A stretch of 64,000 bases of DNA from Kondoa subrosea (taxonomy: Eukaryota). Position numbers and translations under genes: made by a program. The first letter of the stretch is position 1. Each line of letters opens with the position of its first letter. This document shows, in pieces, positions 52,946 to 64,000 of this stretch. The notes beneath the pieces are model-generated. The model was given only the letters and a program-made list of their open reading frames with translations. It was not told the origin of the DNA and ran no database searches. The stretch is taken from contig BCIN01000004.1 in assembly GCA_039545335.1 (NCBI GenBank), positions 62,001-126,000 on the forward strand, given 5' to 3'.

Positions 52946-54163
52946 ATGTTGTTGATACTGCTATCTCTCGGTCTCTGCGCTCATCTTGCGCTAGTACGGC
53001 TACAGCGATATCGACGCCTTGAAGCCATAGAGAAGCGATACGGCACGAGAACTGATTTATCGCATGATGAAGCTCTGGACATCGTCCGCACAACTCAATT
53101 TTACGATTTCCCATATCTGGTCTCTTTGGCTGCATCGCTGGCTTTGTTTCAAACATATGCTATTCCCTCTATATCGAAATTACTCTGTCAAACGGGTCAA
53201 CTCACCTCGCCAGCCTGTGTCGGCAGAAGAGCTGAGGATACTGTTGCGCTGCTGGTCGAAGTCTCGGTCAATGGATTAGATTCAGAAAGAGGTTCTCTGG
53301 CAATAGCTCGGTTAGTGCATCCGTCTGATCAGATCCCTAGTGACTAAAATTCGTACTCAGGATCAATTATCTCCACTCTCGACATGGTGTCAAGGTGAGT
53401 TTCGAGCTAGTTCTGCGCCTAAATCAGCCTGACTCCATCTTTGTAGATCACCAATGACGATATGCTCTTTACCCTGTGTCTGTTCATCTTTGAGCCAATT
53501 CGACTTTGCAATCTTTACGAATGGCGACAATTCACAGAAGAAGAAAAGCACGCACGCTTCTTGTGGTATCGTCAACTTGGACTTCGCATGGGCATTACTT
53601 CGATACCGACTACTCTGCCAGAACTAGAAAGTTGGCTTGTTGTCTGGCGGGAAGAGCACATGGTCTATGCTCCAACGAATACTGTCGCAGGCGAAGCGAC
53701 CTTGGATCTCTTTCTTCGCCCCCTTCCGACTCTTCTTCACTCATTTGCAAGACAATGTGCAATGGTATTACTACCAGATCAAGTCCGCGAAGCTTTCGGT
53801 TGGCCAAAACCTCCTCTTCTCTTACAATACTTTGTGGAGATGATTCTAGCTGCACGAAAATACTTTATTCGCTACTTCTGTTACCCCAGAATTCGTCCTC
53901 ATGCGCTCTACAATCTCACATTGACCGAAACTGGCAGAGTGCAACGTGAAACTTATTTGTTTGAACCTTGGTATACTCGTTCAAGCTATATTACTACCTT
54001 ATTTGCAATCTTGGGTTTCGAAGCACCAAGTGAGAAGTTTAGTATGAAGGGTTATAAAAGTGAAGAGACTGGACCGGAACATCTGACTGGAGTTGGGATA
54101 GAGAAGTCGAGGTTGATAGCAGCAGAAATGAGGGCAAGAGCTGCAGAAGGTGGTTATCAGTAG
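52946..54163 (+). CDS. ER-bound oxygenase MpaB-like (rubber-oxygenase-type catalytic domain)
   Basis: N-terminal TM; ALFQTYAIPSISKLL...GRRAEDT; AIARINYLHSRH; ITNDDMLFTL; WYRQLGLRMGI. Confidence 0.8.
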
Positions 54164-54542
54164 ACGAAAGGTAGACGAAGTATGCATGGAGAGTGGATCT
54201 ACAAAGAAGTTCGTACGTGGGCTGATAATGTCTCCAAGCTCTTCTTTCTCTCTCGACTGATCTGAATGCAACTTTATCACAACCATTAGATAAGCAAGGA
54301 AGTGAGCAAGGCGGAAGCTCATCGCAGGTCGCTGTGTAGAAGTTCCCTTTGTCTGCATTATAGATATAGATGATCTCATCTGGGATGGGAATGCTTGATG
54401 CGAAATCGCTCTTCTTCTTTGCCGTCAACATACTCCTCAGAGAGGCAGACTTCCGACACATCGTGCCGGCCGAATCGCTCTTGATTATTATCACTTGTTC
54501 ACTTGCAACGCCTGCTATTGACTCAATACCCTTACAGCAAAG

Positions 54543-57498
54543 ATGCCCGATTGGCTAAGGAAGCCTTCAATGCGAAGGAGCTCGACCAAAGGCAGCTTAA
54601 AGAGCATTGACACCGACGTAGTCAAACCGAATCATTTGGTTCTGAGTCCTGCTTCTTCAGCCAACTCTCGCAGGCTGTCTGGATCTTTCTCGACGCTGTC
54701 TTCTCTCAAATCTAGCGCATCGTCTTCCTTGACAATCCATACGGACGCTACATCTGTCAAAGCTTCGACCTCAAATCTTTCCCTCGAGCCTTTGACAATA
54801 TTGGATGAAGAGAAGGTTGCATCGCCTACCAGTCAATCGCCGGACAGTGATTCGGAAGATGAAGATTTCCAAGACACGTTGGAGACGCCTTTGCCTGACC
54901 AAGTCACACCGACAGCAGTCAATGCCAAACCTCTGTCGTCTCCACAGCGATCTTCAGATCATAATAGCATACCAGCAATTAGAGCAACGAATCTACCTAG
55001 CAGGACTTTGACGCTGAAGGATGTTCGGACTTCGTACGAAGAACTGCTGATAGACATTCAGGAAGTAGGTGAAGCTCTTGATCTGTTTCTCAATTCGTGA
55101 GCATGTTCTACATAAAGAATACTGGACAAATGCTCAATGTCTTTGCCAGGCGAATGTACGAAGCTGAACAAATGGTCGCACCAAAAGCTGCAACACATCT
55201 GTATCATTCCCTCGCTTTCGTCCTTATACAGACTATCAAAGCGCTCATGACTTTCGAGCCCGATGATCTGGCCACTGCAACTGAAGGGTGTAAAAATTGC
55301 TTGATTCTGTGCAATTTGCTGCGGAAACCGCTTGGCACAACAGAAGTGCTCAGCAGATGGGTCAAAGGCGCACCCGGTGCAACAACGATAGCGAGCATGA
55401 CAGCTGTAGAACGACATGCTGAATTGGCCTATGCGGAGTGTCTAGTACGTGCACGTTGTGTACGACCGATACAAGCTGATGCAATTCGATCAGTTGATCA
55501 AAGCTGTCCTAGGAATCATCTATTCTGGCACTTTTCTTTCCTTTGTGGGAGAAGCGTGAGCTGACGCTTCTGCTCATGCCATTTCGCTGAGCCTAAGTCT
55601 TAGACTGAATATGCGGGCAGCTTATGCCACATATCGCTCTCTATATCAATGGATGCAAGATGTCGAGAGCTCAGGCGAACATAGCAAGGTCGATGACGAT
55701 CTTCGATCAGGAGTGCTTATGGGCAATGGCATGATAAGCTTGATGCTGAGTTTACTGCCAGGCAGAGCTTTGGTAAGTCTCACAAAGTCGAAAGTGTTCT
55801 GATACTTACTTACTACTGTTGCTAGAAAATCATGGACATATTCGGGTAAGAATAATCCTTCATAGTAACCTCAAATACCCAGCGTTGAAGCAGATACTCT
55901 GGCGACCGAGAACTTGGTCTTCGTATGCTTCAAACACCAGGAGGATGGGATACCGCAACGCCTCTGCCTTATTCTACCAAAGCTAGAGGAGGAATCCAAC
56001 GGCCCGCTACGGATGTATGTGTCACATCCCACTCAGTGGCACCTGTGTTCGCTCACATTCATGCTTTAGGGCTTCCTGCTTCTGTATTACCTAGTCAGTG
56101 AGTTTGACCGCCATAGAAACATCTTTATAAACTTGACATTGCGTTTCAGTCAGCAGTTACCTCCCTGTCGGCGAGGTCGATATACCGCTTGCTGGAAAAA
56201 TACTTGAAACCAGCCTGCAGCAATTTCCTCAAGGGTCTTTCTGGCTATGGTTTGCAGGAAGGCGGAAGACCTTGCAAACAGAGGGCGAAGAAGCGATGGA
56301 GATGTATCAGCGGTCGATAGATAGTCAAAGCGAGTATCGTCAACTACATCATATCTGTGTGAGTGATCCTTCATGCTTTGCGGGCAGTTGCTGATCTCTC
56401 ACCAGCATTGGGACGGCGCGCTTACGAGATTAGCTATGGGTCAATACAAAGAAGCGTATATTGCTTTCGAAACGCTTCGTACAGGTAAGCCCCTACTTTG
56501 TTGACCGTGACGTTCTAAAAGTGATACAGAAAGTAATTGGAGCAAGGCGCTATGGACTTATGCTACGGCTGCAACGCTCTATGAATCGCGCTTGAACTCA
56601 GTAGGCGAAGTTGACGAAGCGACTTTAGAAACAGTGACGAATCTCATGAGAAGTGTTCAAGGCATGATGAAGAAAGTTGCCGGCAAGACTCTACCGCTAG
56701 AGGTAAGTGACCTTGCCGACTGCTGCGTGTGAGGCTGATGTACGAATCAGAAATACGTCTCCCGTAAATCTCGTAAATTCATCATGCAACAGCGATTGAT
56801 GCATCCTGGTCTTGAGCTTGCCTATATTCTCAATACTCTTGGTCAATCACCTCTCTTCTGCTTACGAGATGTTCATTTGGCAACAATCGACCGTTCGCTG
56901 CAGCTGCTAGAAGCGATCACTACAAACGAGCGATTAACATGGGGAAGCGGAGGTTGGTTTGATGATTTCTGCCTACTGCACGTATGTACTTGCCTTATCT
57001 GTAGTGTCGCTCAAACTAATGACGCAATTGCAGCTCTTCCGTGCGGTTGCGTGTAGATGGCTCGCGTTTCCTGATGTTCACGCGCACCAACGACCTCAAG
57101 GTGTACTGAAGAGACGAGAAGAATATATCAAGGATTCTTTAGGTGTGAGGCTTGGTATCATAACACTGGGCACGGAAGCTCATGTGAATACTCAGAGCTT
57201 GAATCTCGTTTTCGAAAATGGCCCTCGCATAGAGCTCGACCATTTCATTATTTGGGTAAGTCTGTCCAAGTAGTACTAACGGCATACCTGATCAGCTTTG
57301 TAGTTCGCGCACTATGAATGCGGCAGACTGCACGACCTGAATGGACAGTATGACTTGGCAAGAGAGCATTACGAAAAGATCGTCAATGGCCGCGGAATGA
57401 ACACCGCAACAAAGAAAGTCGACGGAGGAAAAGTATCACTGCAGAATGCTGTACTTCTACGCGCAACGACAGCCTTGGATATGCTACCTACGCCATAG
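54543..57498 (+). CDS. IML2: Iml2/TTC39-family TPR protein
   Basis: ALDLFLNS; IKALMTFEPDDLATA; ERHAELAYAECL; GNGMISLMLSLLPG; SNWSKA; GKTLPLEKYVSRKSRKF; AHYECGRL. Confidence 0.82.
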
Positions 57499-57695
57499 TA
57501 TAGTATCTTAACATCTAGATCATCCGTTCTTTTCATTTGTAAATCTCTGTAACGTTAGTAGTCAGAGAGTTCATGAAGTATGCAGTATAAAGCATATCAT
57601 ATTGCACTTCCCACAGCAACGAACACTGCTGTCCATGACCTCGAGACTTTGCTTACTAATCGCTTGTCAGCTGAGCACCATCTGCAACGCGATCA

Positions 57696-58191
57696 ATGCA
57701 AGTCTTTGGACAGTCTTACGAGCATGTAACCATATTCGATTACACCTACATCCTGTGCACAATTGCAGCCTCCCTGATCACTTCTACGTAAACTTTCAAA
57801 ATCTTCCTATCAGATAAATCATTGGTGATCTCGCAGTCAATAGGTCAGAGTCAACAGGAGCTGCTGTATCATACCATCTTGCTCAATTGATGATTTCCAT
57901 GCATGGATCGCTGGCATCATCAAATGCAGGAGAATGCATTTGGTTAAGCGAAACGCAGGAGATGGGTATTGTGAAAGTAGCTACGACGTAAGCAATATAT
58001 GCTCAAGTCGATGTTTCAACTCTGAAGAACTCCTAATCAGGCAAGCTGTGAAGATCATCAATGCTCTAACTTTCAGTTTCGAGCTGAAGATGATAGCACA
58101 ATCAGTAGATCTGGAATCTCTGCAGGCGGAGACAAGGAAAGAGAAAGCTGGAACGCAAGATTGGCTCGCCGCGTTTCCTGTAAAAGCATAG
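57696..58191 (+). CDS. Small hypothetical protein (two introns, about 128 aa)
   Basis: Introns 57788-57843 and 57988-58040 with canonical signals give the open frame MQVFGQSYEH...QAVKIINALTFSFELKMIAQ...FPVKA*. Confidence 0.4.
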
Positions 58192-58214
58192 CAGTAATGC
58201 ATGGTAATTGTACA

Positions 58215-59430
58215 TTATTCTTCGTCCATTGCTCCGTTCGACTTCTGCGATTTGATGCTCTCGGCAAAAGCTATACAAACATCAGATCCGCGCATAATCG
58301 ACTCAACATGATCTTACAATCTAATGTTGAAGGCCAAGCATCATTTTCTGAGCAAATCCATTCATTAGATTTGATACTTCATTTAATATAGGACCTCACC
58401 AGGATCGTGCGCCTCTAGATCATCATCCATTTGACATGCAAAGTCAATAAACTGCAGCAGATGGTCAGACAGACACAGAGGCAAGACCTGATCCGACTCA
58501 CTTGTGACCAAACATCTTTTGAAATCGGCCGCCCTTTGTTTCCCTTCTCATCCGCCAAGAAGTCACACCACCTATTGACCCAGGATTCTGCTTTCGCCTT
58601 GTCCCTCGCTGCGCACCAGGCGCTATCTTCTTCAAACATATCCTTCGGAGCCATCGGCAGCAACATCTGCCACATTGGTGCAGCAATTTCCAAAGGTAAT
58701 CCTCTTTGCGTCTTATCCCTGGCGTAATCGAAAGTGAAGTTGTAAATCTTGCGAAAGTAAGCAGGATGGGAAGCCAAATTCGACCTTAAGGTCGTTAAAT
58801 GAGATCGTTGACCTTCGATAGAATCCACTTTGCATTTCTTCCAACCTTCAACCCAACCTTTTCTTTCAAACGAACCCATTTCTTTCGCTCCACATAAATC
58901 AGCTACAGCCAACATAATCGGATCTTCAGGTGAAACTTGTAAAGCTTCACACCAAGCAATAGTAGCATCTATAGACCAAGTATCTTTATCTGGGTTGGAA
59001 GAAGCTTGAGAGGCGTATTGATCGAATAAGGAGTCAAGTTTCGGTCCAAGAGTTACTGATCCTGCTGATGCTGCTTTGGCTGCGTTCCGTTGAGCTATTC
59101 CATCTGACCAGAAGAGTTCCATTGCTGGATTGATGTTCCATCTGTTGATGTCAAAGGCTTTGCTTAGACGACTTCTATCATTTATCGCAGAAGCGCTTTC
59201 CAGTGCTTACTTTGCCTGCTTCAATAGCCGCTGAGCATCTGCTGGCTAGTGTACACAACTACATCAGCAACCTATTCTGAGCTTGATAGCAGTAAGCAAA
59301 GCGAACCGTAGCAGTCGTAAACTGGTTTGTACAAATTGGTCATTTGTTCAGATGTCGCGCAGATGTCGAGACTTACCTCGATGAACTGGGCTAAGATAGC
59401 TTCTTTCTGTGATTTCCCGAGTCCTGACAT
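58215..59430 (-). CDS. DCN1: Defective in cullin neddylation protein 1 (UBA-like + PONY domain)
   Basis: LQVSPEDPIMLAVA, FRKIYNFTFDYA, QRGLPLEIAAPMWQMLL, ISKDVWSQ|FIDF, spliced DAWPSTLDSFAE. Confidence 0.9.
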
Positions 59431-59886
59431 CTTGATAGAAGCGAGACAGACGAGACCAAAATACAGTGATGTTGTTCGAGAACAACCTTGCTTATTACTT
59501 CGAAACGTATATGTTCTCTGTCGATGGCGAAGAGATCTACGGAGTACAGTGTCATCCGCTTTCCAGTACTACTTTCTCATCCTCTTCTTCTTCTTCCTCG
59601 ACAGACTCTACAGATTGCAGATAATCCACGAAACAACAGCTTAGGCAGTCTCGAAAGTAAGCACGATCAGCAGCAAGAGTAGCACATAAATACTTTGCAC
59701 TGCTTGAGCATGCTTTGTACAACCAAGCAGATCTGTATATTACAATGTACTTCAATCCGATCCAAAACCCATATTGACCTTCATGCAGCTGCTTTCGAGT
59801 CAGAGCCTTCGACCCACATCACGCTTCTGGAAGACTGATTGCAAAAGACTTGAAGCTTTTGAAATGGCAGTTCCCACTCCCGCATC

Positions 59887-60969
59887 TCATTTGCAGGGCG
59901 AAGAACGAACATCTTCTTCGCCTCCAGGCGCGAAATCAAGCAGCCAAAGACCTAAACCAGGCAAAGATGAGGGTTCCATGTATGGCGTTGGTAAGAGCGG
60001 GGCATCTCCACCTCTTTTAGGATAGACTGTAAGGGGTATTGAAAGATCTTGAAGGGAGTCCGATGTCGAATCAGTGACCTTGATGGAAGGGTCAAGATTC
60101 TTGGGAAGAAGTTGCTGAGGTGTATAAGCGACCTGATCTTCGTCGGATGTCGGGAAAAGAACATGTTCCAACTGTACGAAAGGAGAAGAGAAAGTATTTC
60201 TATGTGTTAGGAAAGTTGGGCTTGTCGGAAAAGGCGCATTGCCTAAGTGGGAGCTGAAATCGGGGTCATATGGCGCAAGAAGCTCGTCAGCCATATTGCA
60301 ATCTTCTCGTGACGGTAGACAAGACGTAGGAAGGACTGAAAAACAGGTGGCCTTCGAAGATATGTTCTGAATCAGAGTAGGTAGGCTCAGCGACGACTGT
60401 ACGCCTGCAATATCTGCCAGCTCGTGATTTTCTTTAACCAGTCTATGGAACAGGATCAGCTAGACCACACAGGACGCGAAAGGCTTACTTTTGCAGGATT
60501 TCGAATCCGGCTTGCATATTGCCGTCCAAGGTAGCGGCCATTAGCTCCAGAGATTGTGTATGACTTATCTTCTTCTCTCGAAAGGTCTATAAGGCAGATA
60601 TTGATTTTCTAGAGAAAATAATCGATTCGAGAGAACTGACCTTTTGAGCTCTCCTATTCTGGATCTTCCTCCTTTCGGCAGCATCAGGATGAGCTTTTCG
60701 TCCACGTTTCTTTCCCTCAGGAGTCTCTTTGACTAGATCTGGTGAAAATCATGACGCAAGAACGGGAGTCAATGAACGGAAGGCTAACCTGAAAACTCAT
60801 AACCATTGCTACTAGAAGCTCTTACATACTTTTTGCTACGTGATGAAGGGAGTAGAGGATCGTTCTGGACTGTCGCATCGTTATCAGAGGATATTGTCGA
60901 TTGCATTGGTTTGCTGATAGTTTGACACGTTCTCCTTCTCGAAGTACCACTCAGATCTGGAGCAGACAT
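59887..60969 (-). CDS. bZIP transcription factor (Yap/AP-1-like basic region)
   Basis: Spliced KKRGRKAHPDAAERRKIQNRRAQK|TFREKK followed by a heptad region; ends approximate. Confidence 0.75.
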
Positions 60970-61563
60970 TCTGAATGAGCTGTAGACTGGCGCAGAAACG
61001 ACGAAAACTGACCCTTATCTATTGAAGTTTTCTGACCCGACTCCATAGGAGACCTGTGAAAGGAAAGAAGTTTGCTGCTTTGAGAAGGCTGAGATCCAGA
61101 GGAGTCGACTGATGGAAAAGATTCTTGAGATTGAGCTTGAACTGTGTTCGGACGAGTATAGGGTGGAATTTCTAATTTGGGCAGCGAAAATTGTCATCTT
61201 CGTGTCAGAGATATCATGCTGGCAGCTGCCTGACTTTGTAGGGGAAGTCAGTGGTAAGAGATGGGCGGACTGGGGCGAAAGAGAAAAAAATAGAATTGGT
61301 CAGCGGCAAGCACCGGGTAATAAACGCAATTACGTGATTGATATTTACCAATCTGTAAAGGCAGGATACAGTCATGATATAGAACGCGAAAAGGCAATAT
61401 GTATATTGAGGAGAGATAGTACAGCCGGAACGCTTAGTGATGTGGACAGATTGGAAGCATCAGGAATATGAACTCTGCGCGTGAAATATACATCTGACTC
61501 GAAGAGCTCAATGTGATTTGTGGCGCTCAACGATTGTACTCACAGTGCGGTACATTTCCTGGC

Positions 61564-63207
61564 TCACACAGCTAAAGTCTCGCCAATCTTGATACAAACG
61601 AAGGCTTCTTCGGAAAGGTTAGCAGCTTTAAGTGCAGCCGCCAGCTTCTCCGGAGGCTCGACGACGTTCTCGTCACTACACCGCTCGTCAGAAATTCTCG
61701 ATTTGACTCAGAGAGCAGACTAACGTGAGAACAAATGTTCCATACTGGACAGGACATCGGTCAGTTGAATTCGTGTGGTTGGCATTTGACTCACATGCAT
61801 TGCAATGCTCTTCTTCGACAAGACATCTTTGTGGATATCTACAGCATCCTCCGGTGAAGCGTGCACTATAGCTGGTTCTAGTAATATGTTCGCAATTCCT
61901 AGAATTGACTTACTAGGACTGAATACTTGGCGTGGCTTGTATGCGCCAATGGGTATGGAAGCCAAATCAAACGGCCCATATTTCTGACCAATCTCTTGGA
62001 ATGCCGGACAAACAGGTAAATCCTCTTCGTTTCCCAATTGATGTTTCTCGACCGACTTATAGCCAGTATCACCAGCGAAGAAGTAGCTTTTGTCGATGGA
62101 TTTCACCACCCAAGAACTCCATAAGGACGATTGATGGTCAAATAGGCCTCTTCCAGATGCATGCTGCGAAGGGGTGCAGACGATAGAGTACTGTCCCTCT
62201 TTGCTGTCTTTGATCTCAGCTGAATCCCACCAATCCATCTCATGCACGTTCGAATCAGCTGTAAGAGTCTTGACCAGTTTGGCTACTTTCAAAGGGACAA
62301 AGAATTGTACAGGTCGATCTGAATGTTGCGAAGCGATGATGGTGCGTAAAGTTGGTAGATCTCTAAAGCGAACAGTATTAGCTCAGCAGAATACAAAAGC
62401 GAGCAAAGACCTGCAAATGATCACTGTGCTCCCCACATAAATTTCGAGAGAAAGATTATCCACTGTGGAACACACTTACTAATGATTATGACTGATGCAG
62501 ACCGCGTCAATCTCTGGTAGCTCTTGAGCTGTACAAGGTCTGCATAGGGAAGAAGCGCTGACTTCTACAGAGAGCAAGACAGACGTACGCTTTAGTAAAT
62601 CGCGCTGGACCCATAAAGGAGAATGGCGAGCAGCGATGGGAAAGTATACTATACACGATCAGATTACCATTAATAAAGCATCAGCGATAGCTTACGGATC
62701 AAATAAGACACGGAAACCTCTCTGCCCATCCTGTGAAGGGAACTCGACCAGGAAAGAAGCATGTCCCAGCTATTGTACGACGTCAGTAGGCTAGGTACGA
62801 CAAAGATTACCTACTTACCCAAGTAGCCTTGAGTGATTTCGGTGCAGAAGTACCCCAATCGGGCTTGATTACTGGCACAAGATCTTCCAACGGGGGAATC
62901 GGCTCGTTTCTGTCTTTCTCTTTCCATATATCCAATAGAACTATATAGCAGACAGTCAGATCAGACATTGAAGGGCTTCTCGTAACCGACTACGTCCATC
63001 TCTTGTCCGATCTCTACCGCCTCCATAATAGGAGGGCTGCAGATCTGTTAGCACAAGCTCATCTATGGACATGTTGCGCACCCATGGATTCTTGAAAGAT
63101 TTGTCAGGCAAATGATGCCGTTTATCGTTTTCGGATCTCTTGATTTGTACAGATGTAGCGGCCATCGCCAATTGTAGTGGTGCTACTCGAGTCAAGATGC
63201 GTTGCAT
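61564..63207 (-). CDS. N-acyl-phosphatidylethanolamine phospholipase D (metallo-beta-lactamase fold, Fmp30-like)
   Basis: FKNPW, WLGHASF, TPSQHASGRGLFD, FFAGDTGY, PIGAYKPR, HASPEDAV; presequence-like N-terminus. Confidence 0.88.
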
Positions 63208-63686
63208 GTAGAAGGAGAAGAGAAGAAAGCAAAGCCGAGTCAGGCGACCCTTTTGAATTATTAGGTAAGCGCGCCGCGGCAGTTGTGATGCGAAGCCTCA
63301 AGGCAGTAGTAGAGTAACGGCGAAAAAGAGGTGATTCGGCAGGCACAGAGAAGCTGAAAGCGTGTGATTGAACAAGACAACACTTTGCTGTTCAACTGTT
63401 GAAACTGTTGGCTGTTCCAAAGCAAAATACAAGCCAAATCGATGAATGATGGATTCCAAACAAAACAGCACAATCTATGATCTGCTTAGTCTTCTGCCGT
63501 TCATGCTCTTCTTACAATCCAAAGCGTATCGCCATCTTCTTCTCTACAGTCTGGGCTGCATGATGGGCGAGCAGGTCGGTTTCGCAAAACACGTTCAATC
63601 TAGAATTACCCATATATTCCTACTCCTAATACTCTTCCTCTCTTTCTTCATCCTCTCATACATCGGACTTGTCATACATTTACGAG

Positions 63687-64000
63687 ATGTCCTCTCAGAC
63701 TGCCGTCAAAGTCGCTTCTTTCCCCTCACACATAGGGAAGACTCTCAGCGCTAAGCCTTTACTCCTTCACCTCACCGCGAGGAACGAGCCTGCATCAAAA
63801 ACCTCCTCTTCCGAGCCGCTCTTGGAACTACAAGAAGCTTTTGTTCGCTCAAAGGAATTTGACGAACTGAAAAGCAGGCGTCGGGTAATTCGAGCGAGGT
63901 TGGCGCTCATGACACATTGCAGTCATGCTCGGTACGCCCTCGTTGATAAAAAGGGCATTGATGGCTTACAAATATTTATAGGGAATATGTAGCGCTTTTG
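63687..64000 (+). CDS. Hypothetical protein, probably 3'-partial
   Basis: ATG-initiated ~100-codon open frame after a pyrimidine-rich leader; no recognisable motif. Confidence 0.35.

Overview
Gene-dense, intron-rich eukaryotic DNA from a fungus; introns are mostly about 45-70 nt GT-AG with CTRAY-like branch sites. Protein style suggests a basidiomycete, probably a Pucciniomycotina yeast (inference). About 25 mostly housekeeping genes are recognisable: SEC12-like, SFT2, AP-1 beta, DIM1, PRP8, a cytochrome P450, TLG2, a PPR protein, WDR26/GID7, VPS54, PFK-2/FBPase-2, RSM25, SKP1, glutathione reductase, capping guanylyltransferase, a GSI-type glutamine synthetase-like enzyme, a PI-PLC-like protein, an MpaB-like oxygenase, IML2, DCN1, a bZIP factor and NAPE-PLD. 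One accessory island lies between PRP8 and the P450 (about 15.8-22.3 kb). It holds a 2.6-kb element with ~155-bp terminal inverted repeats carrying a decayed intron-containing gene, two 3' fragments of an RLE-type non-LTR retrotransposon sharing an exact 20-nt motif, and a decayed multi-exon gene. Other notable points: a probable CUG-initiated mitochondrial presequence on glutathione reductase, a long hairpin in its oversized intron, a spliceosomal intron one codon from the PRP8 intein homing site, and convergent genes whose stop codons overlap. No rRNA, tRNA or CRISPR was seen. Gene coordinates are hand-spliced spans including introns; several start codons are uncertain.
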